DNA of 58,196 bases, counting the filler, from Squatina squatina (lineage: Eukaryota), in NCBI GenBank assembly GCA_031763465.1. It is 3 parts of 3 records of this genome, joined end to end, with 100 filler letters (N's around TTAATTAATTAA, not from the genome) between each part and the next. Parts side by side here need not be neighbours in the genome. Positions count along the whole stretch, not along the records: positions 1 to 13,114 come from JARFOE010000046.1; 2 more parts are not named here. The stretch is one strand, 5' to 3'. The notes beneath the pieces were generated by a model, which searched no databases, was not told the DNA's origin, and saw nothing but the letters and a program-made list of their open reading frames with translations. Each line of letters opens with the position of its first letter. Positions within the stretch are counted from its first letter, which is position 1. The translations under genes were made by a program, and so were the position numbers. Shown here piece after piece: positions 1-13,114 of this stretch.

Positions 1-871
1 ATGTATAATACCTTGAAATTTTAATTTATTTAATTTCATGTTAAACTGTTTCTAAATGCTGTTATATTTGAAATATTTGAAACAGCTGCATCCATATTAT
101 TTTCAGTTAAGGCGAATATTCATATTTCTATCCAATTTTACTCTGTGTGGTTGTACATGCAAGCTTCATAGTAACGTTTTAAAATATTTTGGAACATGAG
201 ATATAGTTCTGTCTAAAGTGATTTACTTTTAATAAATAAAGCTGGTGAACAAGAAGAAAGCAATCATCACTAATATTTGTGATTCTTTAAAAATCATTGA
301 TTTGGAATTGTCCATCATTTGTAACCATAAAAAGGTTCGTCACAAACAAACCATGGATTTATTTTGATATTTGAAGCACTGCAGTATTGGATTTGTTCAG
401 TACTATGAAGCATTATTGGATCAGATTCTAATTAGCACACAGTGGCACTAGCACACTTCCCTTATGCTACCAATTTATTTTGAATAGCTGCATAAAATGC
501 TCATTGAAGTGTGTTGAGAATTGATTTACTTATGTGATTGCATCACGAAATAGGAGGACTGGGGTTCAAGCTGGTGGCTTTGCATCTGGTGAGTTCCCAA
601 ACTTGGCTAGACTGTTGGCAAAAGGTGGACCATCACAAATTTCCTTAGGGAGGGAGGAGGGATGGGTAATATGTTTGTCTGTGCCTTTGACATTCAAGCA
701 GCTGATTAAAGAGCAGTATGGCCAGAAGCCCAGAAACAGCTAACCTGTCCTGCCTGGGACTGAAGTGTGGTATATGAAAGAAGGAAAACCTGGAACCCTC
801 GCCCCTCAATATTTATTACTAATTAATAAATAACATATAATCAAAGTTATCCTGGGAGTCCCAGCGCAGCT

Positions 872-927
872 CCATTTGCTAACATTGAAATCAATTTGCC
901 ATAGTTTTGCCCATTCACTTAATCTAN
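872..927 (-). mobile_element. CR1 LINE reverse transcriptase fragment
   Basis: Minus strand reads RLSEWAKLWQIDFNVSK, the CR1 'L..WA..WQM.FN..KC' motif; cut off by a gap. Confidence 0.75.
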
Positions 928-1314
928 NNNNNNNNNNNNNNNNNNNNNNNNNNNNNNNNNNNNNNNNNNNNNNNNNNNNNNNNNNNNNNNNNNNNNNNNN
1001 NNNNNNNNNNNNNNNNNNNNNNNNNNAACCTAAGGTGTAATATTTTGGAGGTAGTGACAATTGTAGGTACTTCACAATGCGAACTATTACAGAAGCATCT
1101 GCCTCTTTGTGATAACACTGACACAAGTATTACACTCACTGCTCGACTACATTCAATTTACATACAGTTTTATCATGGACCATAATACAATCACTGAAAT
1201 ATTAATCACTAAAATAATATAATGAATTTTGTAGTACCATGGAAACGGCATCTTCTACTCTTTTCACTGATCAATTAGGACTACACCCCCAGTGCCATCA
1301 AACAAAATAAAATT

Positions 1315-1660
1315 AGTCCAACAAAAGTGCCCCCTTTTTTAAAAGGGCACAAACAATAACCACACAAATCATAAAAAAGGAAATTTATCAAATTAAATCA
1401 TATTATTTTGGGTGTCGACTACATACTCCAGTCCCTGCAGTGGCCACCGGTCACGAAAGGTCTCAAGCGTATCGGTGGACACCGTATGTTTCTTCTCCAG
1501 GGCAGCCCAGGCACGGACAAAGATACAGAAGAGAGGCAGGCAGCCGGAGTAACCACCCCAAGGGCCACGTTCAACCTGGACCTGTGGATGTCCACCTTGG
1601 CCAGGCCCAGGAGCAGACCTCCAACTTGCCTGCCCACCAACCACCCCACCCACATTTCAT
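1315..1660 (-). mobile_element. Tx1-clade (L1-related) LINE 3' end, degenerate
   Basis: Frameshifted minus-strand peptides GLLLGLAKVDIHRSR / CLPLFCIFVRAWAALEKKHTVSTDTLETFRDRW resemble the Tx1 ORF2 C-terminus. Confidence 0.6.
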
Positions 1661-2228
1661 GCTAAAGATCAGGAGCGTGGGACTGAAATGGAGCCAGAAA
1701 TTAAGGAGCAGTCTCTTCAATTAATGGAAGTGGGCTGCAACCTCTCACAGACTGTATAAACGTGAAGCATGGACTTATCCAGGCCGTAATAGTCACAGCT
1801 GGCCTGGGAGTTTATGTACCACCTTAAAAATCGATTTAATGGAACTATAGACAAGGTATCCTTCCTTTCTGTGGCCCACTGATTTACTAATACTTATTTT
1901 AGTTATCTTTCTAGAAATATTCACTCACAGACTACTCACTCATTTCAGCAGTTTGGATTTCTTACATTTTAAACCACTGATATTTGCTTGTCAATTTATA
2001 GTTATCAGATTAGAATAGCCTTTCCCTCCAGTTTGCTGAGGACCCATCCTGATCCATTACAGCTTAAAGATGAGAGTTCAGAGTTAATCTAGAAATTTTG
2101 GCACAGGAGGTGATCGTGTGGTCCATTGNNNNNNNNNNNNNNNNNNNNNNNNNNNNNNNNNNNNNNNNNNNNNNNNNNNNNNNNNNNNNNNNNNNNNNNN
2201 NNNNNNNNNNNNNNNNNNNNNNNNNNNN

Positions 2229-2303
2229 CTCCATAGCAAGAACATCCTTCCTCAGATAAGGAGACCAAAACTGCACACAATACTCAAGGTGTGGTCTCAC
2301 CAA
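2229..2303 (-). mobile_element. CR1 LINE ORF2 fragment
   Basis: VRPHLEYCVQFWSPYLRKDVLAME is a classic CR1 C-terminal motif. Confidence 0.9.
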
Positions 2304-2304
2304 G

Positions 2305-2790
2305 GAGGAGAGATAGGGGAAGAGGCAAGTGATGATTTTTCAGGTGGCAGTCTTGGTGGTGGATCAGTGTAGGGGAAGAGGCTGAACTCAGGCTTGAATA
2401 GTATGCAAAGGATTTGTATCTCTGGGAGTAGCACAGAGGTTGATGGAGTCAAGCCTGGAGGCGTGTAGTTGTTAAGGGGAGCTTATGAGGATGCCTCAGA
2501 TTTTACCACCATTAAGCTGGATAACACAATGGCTCATCTGGGCAGTTGGGGAGAAGGGCAACAAAATGGGGTCAATGGAAGAGGTGAAGAGATAGAATTG
2601 AGTGTTGTCCCCATCCCTATGGATGATGTCACTGAGAAATACCATTTAAATGATGAAGAGGAGGAGACCACCAGATGTTGCATGGAGGCAGGGGAGGAGA
2701 AACCAGTGCAGGTGATGTGTCCATAATTAATTTTACAATAAATTGACAATGTCATAGCCACTGAGAGGTAACAGATCATCTGTTTCTGTC
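2305..2790 (-). mobile_element. Old L2-like LINE fragment
   Basis: Purine-rich degenerate sequence resembling antisense L2 RT region (e.g. gagatagaattgagtgttgtcccc); no intact ORF. Confidence 0.45.
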
Positions 2791-4459
2791 ACATCAAGAA
2801 CGTTCTGAGATGTAGTGTTTATTTAATTTCAACTCCAAAATAAACTTTGATTATTTAATAATTAAACTTTATTAATTATTTTTGATCACTTTTTGGCAAT
2901 GTTCCAAAGGAAAATTGGATGGAAAACCTTGTTCAGAGCCAAGAAGGATTCCTTCTTTGGAAAGAAATGTATTTGTTGTATTTCATATCAGAAAGTGATT
3001 TCGTACTTAAAGAAAAAATAACAGGGTCAAGAAAATATCCTTTCTTGAGGTCTAGTTTAATGAACACCGATGTCCTGTACCAATGTTATTTATTGTTGTG
3101 AGATGCTAGGACTTTAGTTAGTATGCTGTTCAGCTAAAATTGATTTAGTGAGCTGGAAATTGATTTAGCAAATGATGGAGCAGACGCTTAAATTTGTTTT
3201 TGAAGAACATTAATTATACATAGCCAGTTGATCTTGNNNNNNNNNNNNNNNNNNNNNNNNNNNNNNNNNNNNNNNNNNNNNNNNNNNNNNNNNNNNNNNN
3301 NNNNNNNNNNNNNNNNNNNNNNNNNNNNNNNNNNNNCACACTTGCTCCACACAGCCTGTATGTTTAATTTCTATGAATCAGAATAGATTGTTCATGTAGA
3401 ACTGGAAGTGGGAATATTCTGTTCAGTGGCCTCTCAGTCAATGAAATTCAGTAAGACTCTATATTGCTTCATTCCCCACCGTGCTACAAATTAACCACTT
3501 AAGTGGGAAATAGAATACGCCTACATTTCTTTCCCTTACGTCAAAGAATACTGGAAATTAATATATAACATGTTGCTCATTGAAATGTATCCTTTTAAAA
3601 ATGGAAACTGTTGCACTATGTATATGAGGAAGCCAGTGCATATAGCAAGCTGCTGTCCAAGCTTAATACCAAGGAATTGCATAGAAGCTGTTTATTTTTC
3701 TTCACACAACAGTCACTAAGTAATTTGTTTCATCTTACCATAAGGCACAGACAAGACTGTAATAAAGTTTAACATGGCACAATTAAAAATTGCATAAAGT
3801 ATGAGTAAACAGATGGCACTGACTGAAATAATATTGTGTGCATAATATAACCCATCAGTAATTTGTGAGCTTTTAATTGCGCTATTAGTTTCCTTTATAT
3901 TAAGGATAACAATCAAGAATCTCCATCAGTTCAATTAATGGAATCTGGAGCAGTGCAAAATACAGCCAGATCTTGATCAGTTCACAGTCTGAAGGTAAGA
4001 ATTCCCTGAAGGGAAAATGTTTATTCTAAACTAATAAGTCGGACCCCATATCAAACAGAGTCCAGAGTCTTAAAAGATTTTTATAAGCAATAGTTCAGGT
4101 TAATTGACATCAGATTTATCATGACAAACTGAGACCATTACCAACTAATTAACAACACATTTGCAAATGTGCAGTTCATTTATGTGATTAAACCCTCACA
4201 ACACAGCCCAGTCAACAGGATGGAATCCATGCTTGCCGTCTCTGTTGTTAAGTTTCTCATTTAATTGAGGGTCTGACATCTGATTCATAGTTTCCATAAT
4301 CTGTCCTCAGTATATGAACTTACACTTGTGAATTAGACAGTGCTGTCCTATTTTTTCACTCTACTAGGATAGTTTATAAAGCATTATTTTCTGCATCAGA
4401 CAATCATTGTATGTACTCATCAGATCCCGATAGCTCAGAGTGGACAGAGACAGCTGACT

Positions 4460-4579
4460 AAACATAAGAACTTAAGAAATAGGAGCAGGAGACCACTCAA
4501 GCCTGCTCCGCCATTCAACAAAACCAGATTGATTCCCGGGATGGCAGGGCTGACATATGAAGAAAGAATGGATCGACTA
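4460..4579. mobile_element. CR1 fragments (inverted 3' tail joined to ORF2 piece)
   Basis: acataagaacttaagaaataggagcagga is an antisense CR1 tail; it is followed by plus-strand RLIPGMAGLTYEERMDRLGLYSLE. Confidence 0.8.
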
Positions 4580-7295
4580 GGCTTATATTCACTGGAATTN
4601 NNNNNNNNNNNNNNNNNNNNNNNNNNNNNNNNNNNNNNNNNNNNNNNNNNNNNNNNNNNNNNNNNNNNNNNNNNNNNNNNNNNNNNNNNNNNNNNNNNNC
4701 CTGAATGACTGAGCTCTCGTTTTAATACCATTCCCCCTTATTCATTCCCCCCACCAGAGGAAAAGGTTTCTCCACATCTACCCTATTAACATTTTAAACA
4801 CGTTGTAGGCATGATAGCAGCACATTGGGGCTTATTAATAAGGTCCTTTAGAAATAGTCCTGGCACAGTACAGTAAGGAGAGATTACTCTTGCCTTTCAA
4901 TTTATGAATAGCATGGTCGATTCAAGGATGCCCGAAGAACTGTCCTATCAGTTGAATTAATGATTAACTAAATGCTGAGGTGAGCACAGTGTACTATTTT
5001 TGTGCAGTCTACAAAACAATTTTTTTCCAACTGTTTTCGTTTGCTTTAAATACCAGCCTGCAGCCATACCTTTAATGTAATTTGATTTACAATATTGCAC
5101 TGTAGTGGAGAGTAGATACGAAATGAGATTTGGAAGAGTTTTTTGAACAACTGCGGAACCTGCCAAAACCTCTTCCAAATAGGGCTGTTTCTACGATAAG
5201 GTGAAATTAAAGTGTGGAGCTTTGTTACTGAACAAGTTCCTCCGAGGGTACAATCTATAACAACCAAGACTGCAGAATTTGAATCAAATTTGCTGCTTGC
5301 CTGCAGATAACCCAGGCAATTTCTATTAGACTTTCTCTANNNNNNNNNNNNNNNNNNNNNNNNNNNNNNNNNNNNNNNNNNNNNNNNNNNNNNNNNNNNN
5401 NNNNNNNNNNNNNNNNNNNNNNNNNNNNNNNNNNNNNNNTAGTGATAGTGATTGTATTTATTTCCTCCCCACTTTTAGCCCCTTGGTATTTTTTGTATTT
5501 GTGTCCCTTGCAGTCTAAAGTGGTTGTGCATATGTTCTTGTTTTTGTGCTGATTGTCTGTATTCAGCTGGTTTTATGAAGCACATGCAGGCCTGCTGTTC
5601 TATATTTCTACTGCTGTATTTCCCTCTTGTATCTCAACTGACAGCTCACAGTTTACGATTGTTCACTTCGATTCAAGTTCTCGCTCCTTCCAGCTCTGAT
5701 AACCTATCTTGCCATTCTCATCAACTGAGATGTTTCAATATCATCCTTGCCATTCAGTGCTACAGTCTCTTCAATCTTATGTCCAAATACATGTTCTCAA
5801 ATGTAAGATTGGTTTTTCTGCTGCGTGACTCAGTGTCTGAGCTGCTATCACTGTCATCCAGTACCAGTCCTTTCACCTTCTTAATCTTCAACATCTTTAC
5901 TTTTACACATTCTTTCACAAACAGAAAAACCTTCTGCCTAACTGTAATAAAAGATAACTGTTTTTCTTTAAAATAACTGTAACCATGACAACATTTTCAT
6001 GATTTACTTTTTTTTTTAAGTGCAAGCAGAGGTATTTCTATCTCTATTCAGGGGCACAACCACTTATAAAGAGTACATTGGGGGGCAATATTCAAGGTAA
6101 TTTGGGGATTTTGTGTGGGGGCAAGGACATAACCCATACTGAAAAATTTAGGGGACACATTCCCCTCGGGCCTTAACCAATTATTTCTCTAATTCCATTC
6201 TTTCCTTCTGTTCCTTTCTTCAACTTCTTTCACTTTCCTCCTACATTGTTTACTCTTTCTCTCCCTCATTTCCTTTGGTGCATTTTATTAAGTATAGAGA
6301 AGGGTTTCTACTTAGAATTCTGCTCTCTGAATCATACCATGCTCTTCTTGTTTTCCCCTTGAGAACCTTTTGTATAAATTGTTCTGCTTAACACCCCCGA
6401 AACATCAAACAGTAATCATCAATTAATTGTTTCAGTTCTGTTCGTAGAATGGCAAACATTGCATTTCAACAATCCAGTTCTCCCAACGATCTCCAATTGA
6501 AGGACCCAATTTCATTTCAGTAAGTTCGACAGACATGGCTTTACCTGGCAACATTCTAACCTACAAAACAGAGGAAAAAAGCCAATCATAAGTTTGGGCA
6601 AAAGCTGTCCCTCAGTTGGACTCAATTGAAAAACTTATCCAGCATTCAAAATTGCCAGCTGCAGCTTGAACACTCCCCATCTTCTTTCCAGCTTCCAAGA
6701 AATACTAGTAGTCATGTAACAGCTGTTGTCAATTCCACTAAAAAGAGTTTTATATCTTAATTGCTGTCATAAAATGGCTCATTTTCATCACCACCTTCAC
6801 CAGTAAGCAAGCTGTGAAATTAGTGGTATTGAACTCAGTGAGGTTTATGATTACTTGTATTTGACAAGCCTTTTTAAATACACAAACTTTCATTAATATT
6901 AAGGGCCATACTTTTTATCTTTTTGCAAAAAAAAGCCTTAACCACCTTGATTTCACTGGTTTCCATGGGGTTGTAACTAAAATGGCTGGTGTGCGTGATT
7001 CTATTGCAGATGACTGTGGAAAATGAATTCATTGCAAGAACAAAAGAAAGCCGGCTAATCAGAATGCACATTTAATAATGGTCATTTCATGCTTTCAAAC
7101 AGCTAAATTGCCACTTGATTAATAAAACTTAACATTTTGTTTATCCAGCTGTGGTATGGACAAAACTTCTGAAACAAAAACCCAGGAAAGTCTGCTTCAA
7201 TGACAGAGACGTGATTAACATTTTTAAGGAACACAAACAACCTTTTGAGATGAGGTGGGGGGGGAGGTTTTCCACAAACTTGCACCAGAGACAAA

Positions 7296-7489
7296 GGGGG
7301 GAATTTTAATCCCCCAAAAACAGATGGGTTTGTGTCGGGTTAAAGAGCTAAAAAACGGAATCCCGGCCAGGACCCGCCTCCAACCCACCAAGTTCTGGTT
7401 GTAACATACGGGGGACGGGTGGTGGGTCGCCAACCCGCCCCCAGGAGGCGGGTCATCCATTTAAATATTATAATGAGGCTGGCATGCCT
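7296..7489. mobile_element. Probable non-autonomous DNA transposon (Harbinger-like MITE) end
   Basis: Abrupt GC/CpG-rich block starting GGGGGGAATTTT with repeated CCCGCC; start resembles the Harbinger terminus at 19241-19251. Confidence 0.4.
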
Positions 7490-8183
7490 NNNNNNNNNNN
7501 NNNNNNNNNNNNNNNNNNNNNNNNNNNNNNNNNNNNNNNNNNNNNNNNNNNNNNNNNNNNNNNNNNNNNNNNNNNNNNNNNNNNNNNNNAGTAGGTCACC
7601 TGTCTTGCCCTTTTAGATGTGATTGGTTTATGATTCAGGGGCACCTGGGGACAAAATGCATCAACCGCATGCTCATGCACACACAAAAAAAAACCTTCTC
7701 TAGTGACCTAAAAAAATGTTCTAATTTCACAAGTCTTCTGCTTCCAGCCATTCATCATCAGTTAAATATACAAGAGGTCTTCTGGCATATTCAGATTTTA
7801 CCTGGGGAGATGGCACTCAAGGTTACCAATAGATCCAGTCTACCTCTGATTTGCTCTATATTCACTTCTTGAAATGGATGAAAAATGGGTGAGAGAAAGG
7901 TAGTCTCTAGCAGTGCGATACCTTCAGATACCTGAGTTTATTAAAGAGATGTATGGGTTGAACACAGTTTCTTGGTTTCAGCTAGATACTAAAAACACAA
8001 AAGCAATGCTTGCTGAATTACAATATGATTTTGCTGCTGCAGAGAGAGTGCAACTATGATGTATCATGTAGTACTTAAATCTAGAATCTCCCCAACCTAT
8101 ATAAAGAAAATTAATATTGATTCTTTCTCTTTTAATAAGTTTTTCAAAATAGTAAAGATAAAAGAAAGTAGCTGCATATTCTT

Positions 8184-8741
8184 AAATCTGAAATAAAAAT
8201 CAAAAATGCTGAAAACATTCAGCAGGTCAGACAGCATCTGCGGAGCGAGAAACAGAGTTAACATTTCAGGTCAACGATCCTTTGTCAGAACTGGAAAAAG
8301 TTAGAGATGTAACAGGTTTTTAAGCACGTGCAGGGGCAGGGAAAGGGGGAGGGGGAGAAAGAACAAAGGGGAAGGTCTGTGCTAGGGCGGAAGGCAGGAG
8401 AGATTAAATGATAAAAGTTATGATTATACAAAGCAAAAAGAGATGGTAGTGGGACAAGTAAAGAAACCAAAGATGAGTCTAAAAGGGGTGTAAATGGAGA
8501 TGGCAGAATCATCAACAGCTGCCATGTGAAAAACAGGGGCGGAGGTTATGGTCTGAAATCGTTGAACTCGATATTGAGTCCAGAAAGCTAATCGAAAGAT
8601 GAGGTGTTATTCCGAGCTTACTTTGAGCTTCGCTGGAACAGTCTAAGGGGCCGAGGACTGAGAGGGTGGGAGTGGGGCGGAGAATTAAAGTGACCGGAAG
8701 CTCGGGGTCACGCTCACGGACTGAGCGGAGGTGATCTGCAA
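8184..8741 (-). mobile_element. Penelope-like element 3' end (GIY-YIG C-terminus, 3' UTR, degenerate hammerhead)
   Basis: Minus strand, with frameshifts: ADHLRSVRERDPELPV..HFNSPPHSH..LSVLG..HLIFRL..SGLNIEFNDFRP*. The UTR is nearly identical to 17866-18149. Confidence 0.8.
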
Positions 8742-10107
8742 NNNNNNNNNNNNNNNNNNNNNNNNNNNNNNNNNNNNNNNNNNNNNNNNNNNNNNNNNNN
8801 NNNNNNNNNNNNNNNNNNNNNNNNNNNNNNNNNNNNNNNNNGCTTCAAACTCTGATGCGCGCTGGTATACATGAGTCAGCAAGCTAATGGTTGACTCGCC
8901 TGGCTGGAAACAAGCAGGTCAGTATTTGTGGTTCTGTGACTGAACAATAACATACAGCGATGCAGGAAGGTCATTCTATTGTTTCAAGTCCTGCAGGAAG
9001 TCTCCTATTTTAGACCATGGTCCAAGTAAATGAACAATTAAAGAAGAAAAAGATTCATGCTAAATATAAACAGCTCGGGAAGCAGTTTAAAATCTAAAGA
9101 AAGTGGGGAAAATAGATGATATGTTGCTGCCTGCTCAGCAAAGCAAAATTTCAGTTATGAGCAAATACACTGTAAATGTTTTAACGACAGCTCTTAGGAA
9201 TGTAGTTAGGGTATGGTCTGGGGCCCTGATGTGGGTGCACGTAGCAGTAAACATTGATGGAGTGCATTTAAATCTGCAGTAGTTAAAATGATCATAATGA
9301 TTCTTAGAATAGAAGTAGCTGATGATATATGAGACAAGGTCCATTAACTCGTCAAAGGACTTTCATCTCTCACAAGCCTTTGAGTGTCTCCCCTCCCGCT
9401 AAGAACATGGAAGTGTTCATGTTGAAGAAATTGAAGTGTCCGCAATAGGCACAGTGATTTTGAATAATGGAGGAGGGTTCGTCATCAATTTTATCCCCAT
9501 GACGGAAAGTTGTTTAGCATGCAAATGAACATTCAGGATAATATATGTTGTTGATTGTAATAATGATATGAAAGTGTTTTGGATACTGTGTTGCAGCGAA
9601 TTCAGTCGACAGTGTTAATGCTGGGAAATTTAGCAGTGCCACGTTTTAGGATATATATAGGTACATTAAATGAAAGGGTGTGTTTACACATCTGTGTGTA
9701 ACTTTACTTGACATGCTTTCTGTGGGATTTGGGTGTTTTACAACTAAGGAGCCAATCAGATGCTGCTGGCCAACTTGTTAAGCTGATGATCAATCAATTG
9801 TTGTAATATATTATCACATGGTTTAGTATAAGCATGCTCAGTTTGCTCTGGCCTCGTAAAGCAAGCACATGAATTCGCAACTCGTGTCTCTGTCCTTCCC
9901 TTGTTCACACATATATTACAGGCATTAAGGACGTGTCTGTACTGCAACTTTAGTGTCACTGCAAAGTTGGTCCTGACTTGATCTAGGATAAAAGAACTAT
10001 GGCACCTCTGGAGGAAGCAGCTTCACACTTATTGGATTCATCACTGCATGGATTATAATCCCAGATGTCAAACCTGTGTCACAGTACTTGGGTTTGTTGT
10101 ATAAGCT

Positions 10108-10315
10108 TGGCTTAGTTCTTCTACTTTCACCTCTGAGTCAGAGGTCATGGCTTCAAGCCCCACCTAGGGACTTCAGCGCATAACTCAGGCTGACATTTCA
10201 GTGTAGTGCCAAGGGCTACGGCATGGCTGGACGCAACATTTTACAGATGAGAAGTTAAACAGTAACACATTTTTGAAGAAGGGCAAGTTTTCCTGGTCTT
10301 CTGGCCAACCTTTAT
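10108..10315 (+). mobile_element. tRNA-derived SINE (SacSINE1/DeuSINE-like), 5' part
   Basis: ggcttagt..cctctgagtcagaggtcatggcttcaagcccc head followed by caggctgacatttcagtgtagtgc; homologous to 23866, 25430 and 51188 copies. Confidence 0.65.
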
Positions 10316-10415
10316 NNNNNNNNNNNNNNNNNNNNNNNNNNNNNNNNNNNNNNNNNNNNNNNNNNNNNNNNNNNNNNNNNNNNNNNNNNNNNNNNNNNNN
10401 NNNNNNNNNNNNNNN

Positions 10416-11040
10416 GTCTTGATTCAATGGCAAGGAGGGCCGAGATGATTGGAGACCAGGCTTGGCTCCACGGACTAATACATAGACATACGGAAATCAG
10501 AACTATGTGGGAAATCGGGGACACTTCCAGTGTCCCTGATGACTATGTGTACAGGAAGTGTGTCCAGCTGCACCTCCTGGCAGACCGCATTGCGTGGATA
10601 GCACGTTTAGTGAGTTGGTACCACCGCAGGTGAAGGTTACACAGGCAGAAGGGCAATGGGTGACCATTAGGCAGTGTAGAAGTAGGCAGGTAGTACAGGA
10701 GTCCCCTGCGGTCATCTCCCTCGAAAACAGAAATACCGCTTTGGATACTGCTGGGGAAGATGGCTCATCAGGGGAAGGTAGCAGCAGCCAAGTTCATGTC
10801 ATCATGGGTGGCTCTGCTGCACAGGAGGGGAGGAAAAAGAACGGGACAGGCTATAGTGGTAGTGGTAGGGGATTTGATTGTGAGGGGAATAGATAGGTGT
10901 TTCTGCGGCTACAAACGAGACTCCAAGATGGTATGTTGCCTCCCTGGTGCAAGGGTCAAGGATGTCTTGGAGCAGCTGCAGGGCATTCTGGAGGGGGAGG
11001 ATGAACAACCAGTGGTTGTGGTACACATAGGTACCAATGA
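10416..11040 (+). mobile_element. CR1 ORF1 pseudogene (zinc finger and SGNH esterase domain)
   Basis: Frameshifted MWEI..VPDDYVYRKCVQL, then VVVGDLIVRGIDRCFCG..VCCLPGARVKDV..VVVHIGTN. Confidence 0.85.
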
Positions 11041-11140
11041 NNNNNNNNNNNNNNNNNNNNNNNNNNNNNNNNNNNNNNNNNNNNNNNNNNNNNNNNNNNN
11101 NNNNNNNNNNNNNNNNNNNNNNNNNNNNNNNNNNNNNNNN

Positions 11141-11212
11141 GGGGCTGCTGGGCCTGGTGCTGGGCCTGGTGCTGGACCTGCTGGTGGGTGTGCTGCTGGA
11201 TCTGCTGGTGCT
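11141..11212. repeat. Degenerate 12-bp GC-rich tandem repeat (GCTGGGCCTGGT)n
   Basis: Directly visible repeat next to a gap. Confidence 0.75.
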
Positions 11213-11224
11213 TTGGGATAGTAC

Positions 11225-11330
11225 GAATCTGAACTTTCTCCCCCAAATAGCTGTTGAGGTTACAGATCAGCCATGATCGAATTGAGTGATGGAACAGGCT
11301 CGAGGGGCTGAATGGCTTACTCCTGTCCCT
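11225..11330 (+). mobile_element. CR1 3' end
   Basis: gatcagccatgatc..ggctcgaggggctgaatggcttactcctg is a typical CR1 3' UTR. Confidence 0.75.
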
Positions 11331-11784
11331 GTGCCCTGTGTTCATAATTGTACTCATGGTTAGATAAAATTTAATGGTAGCATTTGAAAGGGCACATTTC
11401 CTGAATTATTTAAGCGTGCTGTCTATCTCTGTCTCCAACTTAAAAGGAAAATACTCCATAATCCACCAAGATACCAGAGAGTTGATCCACTTCCTTCGGT
11501 GAGAAGCACTGGGATTTCAGCTTCCAATGCTATTAAAAATTGATGAGAAACCAGTAAGTAAAAGGAGAGCAATGTTGATGAAATTCTGAAGTAACTTCCA
11601 TTGGGAAACAAAGAATAAATTAAACATAGATTTTTAACTAACTGAGAGAGGAGCATTAAGAGAAAATCAATACAGTAATCTCTACCTGAAACAAATTGAA
11701 CAGACTTATGTCTTTCAATGGTATTAACAAGCATTTTGACCTGAAAAAGACAATGGGGAGTGAAATTGGTATTCAACAGTCATG

Positions 11785-11984
11785 CAACAACAATAACTTG
11801 TATTTATATAGTGCCTTTACTGTAATAAAATGTCCCAAGGCTCTTCACGGGAGTGTTATTAAACAAAATTTGACACCGAGCCACATAAGGAGATATTAGT
11901 ACTGATCACCAAAAGCTTGGTCAAAGAGGTAGGTTTTACAGAGTGTCTTGAAGGAGGAGAGAGAGGCAGGGAGTTTTAGGGAGG
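11785..11984 (-). mobile_element. L2 LINE 3' end
   Basis: caacaacaataacttgtatttatatagtgccttt..tgtcccaaggctcttcac tail, shared with the window's SINEs, followed by antisense L2 ORF end. Confidence 0.7.
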
Positions 11985-12084
11985 NNNNNNNNNNNNNNNN
12001 NNNNNNNNNNNNNNNNNNNNNNNNNNNNNNNNNNNNNNNNNNNNNNNNNNNNNNNNNNNNNNNNNNNNNNNNNNNNNNNNNNNN

Positions 12085-12790
12085 AAGGATAATCGTTGAG
12101 GATCAGCATAAAATGTGTGATGTAGTGACAGGCTTTCCAAGTACACTCACCACGATTGCAGAGAGAATGGAGAAGTCCGCCTCAAAGCATGAGTTGGGTT
12201 GATGTCACGGGGCATTATGATGATGTTTTCTTGCATGGATAGAGTGGCCAGCTCTGTGGAACATCAAAAGTATCTACCAATTGAGTCATGCGTGCCTTGA
12301 CCACGGCCGTGTAGACACTGGATAAAAATTAGCCTGCCACCTTATAGGATGACAGATACTTTAGCCTTGGTCTTACAGCGCCACACTGATCTGCACCAAA
12401 GTGCTCTCCAGCAGAGTGGTAACAGTGAAGTGCAGCTGGGCCACGAGCGGGATGATGCTGAAAGAAGATGTAGAAGTGGGGACTCCACTCAAAGCACTTC
12501 CACTTCTTATCTGTTGCTCCCTTCTCAGTCAGAACCTGACATGCTGCCTCCTCTCCTGATGGCCACATCTGCTCATGCACTGGTGCAGGTGGAGCAGTCT
12601 TTGGTGGGGCCTTCACAGCTCCAACACTCAGACATCATCAGCCAAGAGCATCTCAACGGTCAAAGCAGGGATCTGAGCAACCTGCCTCTACCTCTGCTGA
12701 AGCTACAGGGGATGCACCACATAGGAGCTGTAGGAAAAGTAAGAGTAAAGTTTTGTAGTGTCACAAGGGTATGCACATGGGCATAGGGTG
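12085..12790 (+). mobile_element. Possible degenerate Harbinger accessory (Myb/SANT) ORF C-terminal region
   Basis: Broken ORFs (QHKMCDVVTGFPSTLTTIAERMEKS; ALVLQRHTDLHQSALQQ) resemble coiled-coil parts of Harbinger ORF2; recall only. Confidence 0.3.
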
Positions 12791-13114
12791 CAGGAAAAAA
12801 TGTTAGGTTGTAAAGCTTCTGTTCTTTGGGAGAATCACATAAATTTAAGGGCGGTCGATTCGATTGCCCTGAGTTTCTGGAGCTAAGGGACAAATTGGTG
12901 AGCGCAAAGTTCAGGTCTTTGAACTCTCACTTTAAGGCCTGCAATTTGACACTCAGAAAAAAAATTTCAGACAGCTTTAAAAAAACGTGCTAATTTCACT
13001 TACTTAGAGCTGAATATCTTAGTTTATTTCAGCAGGTGAATTGTGGGACAGAGCTAAGGAGCTGCTATCAAGTGTCAGGCCACCTCAGCCCTAAAGGGGT
13101 TTGTTCTGGAGACA

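Noticed and set aside
5524-5976. 150-aa ORF
   Set aside because: Non-ATG start, pyrimidine-rich biased composition resembling decayed LINE DNA; no recognisable domain.
11141-11221. Gly/Ala/Pro-rich (elastin- or silk-like) coding segment
   Set aside because: Only ~70 nt of 12-bp repeat between a gap and a CR1 tail; no splice or start evidence.
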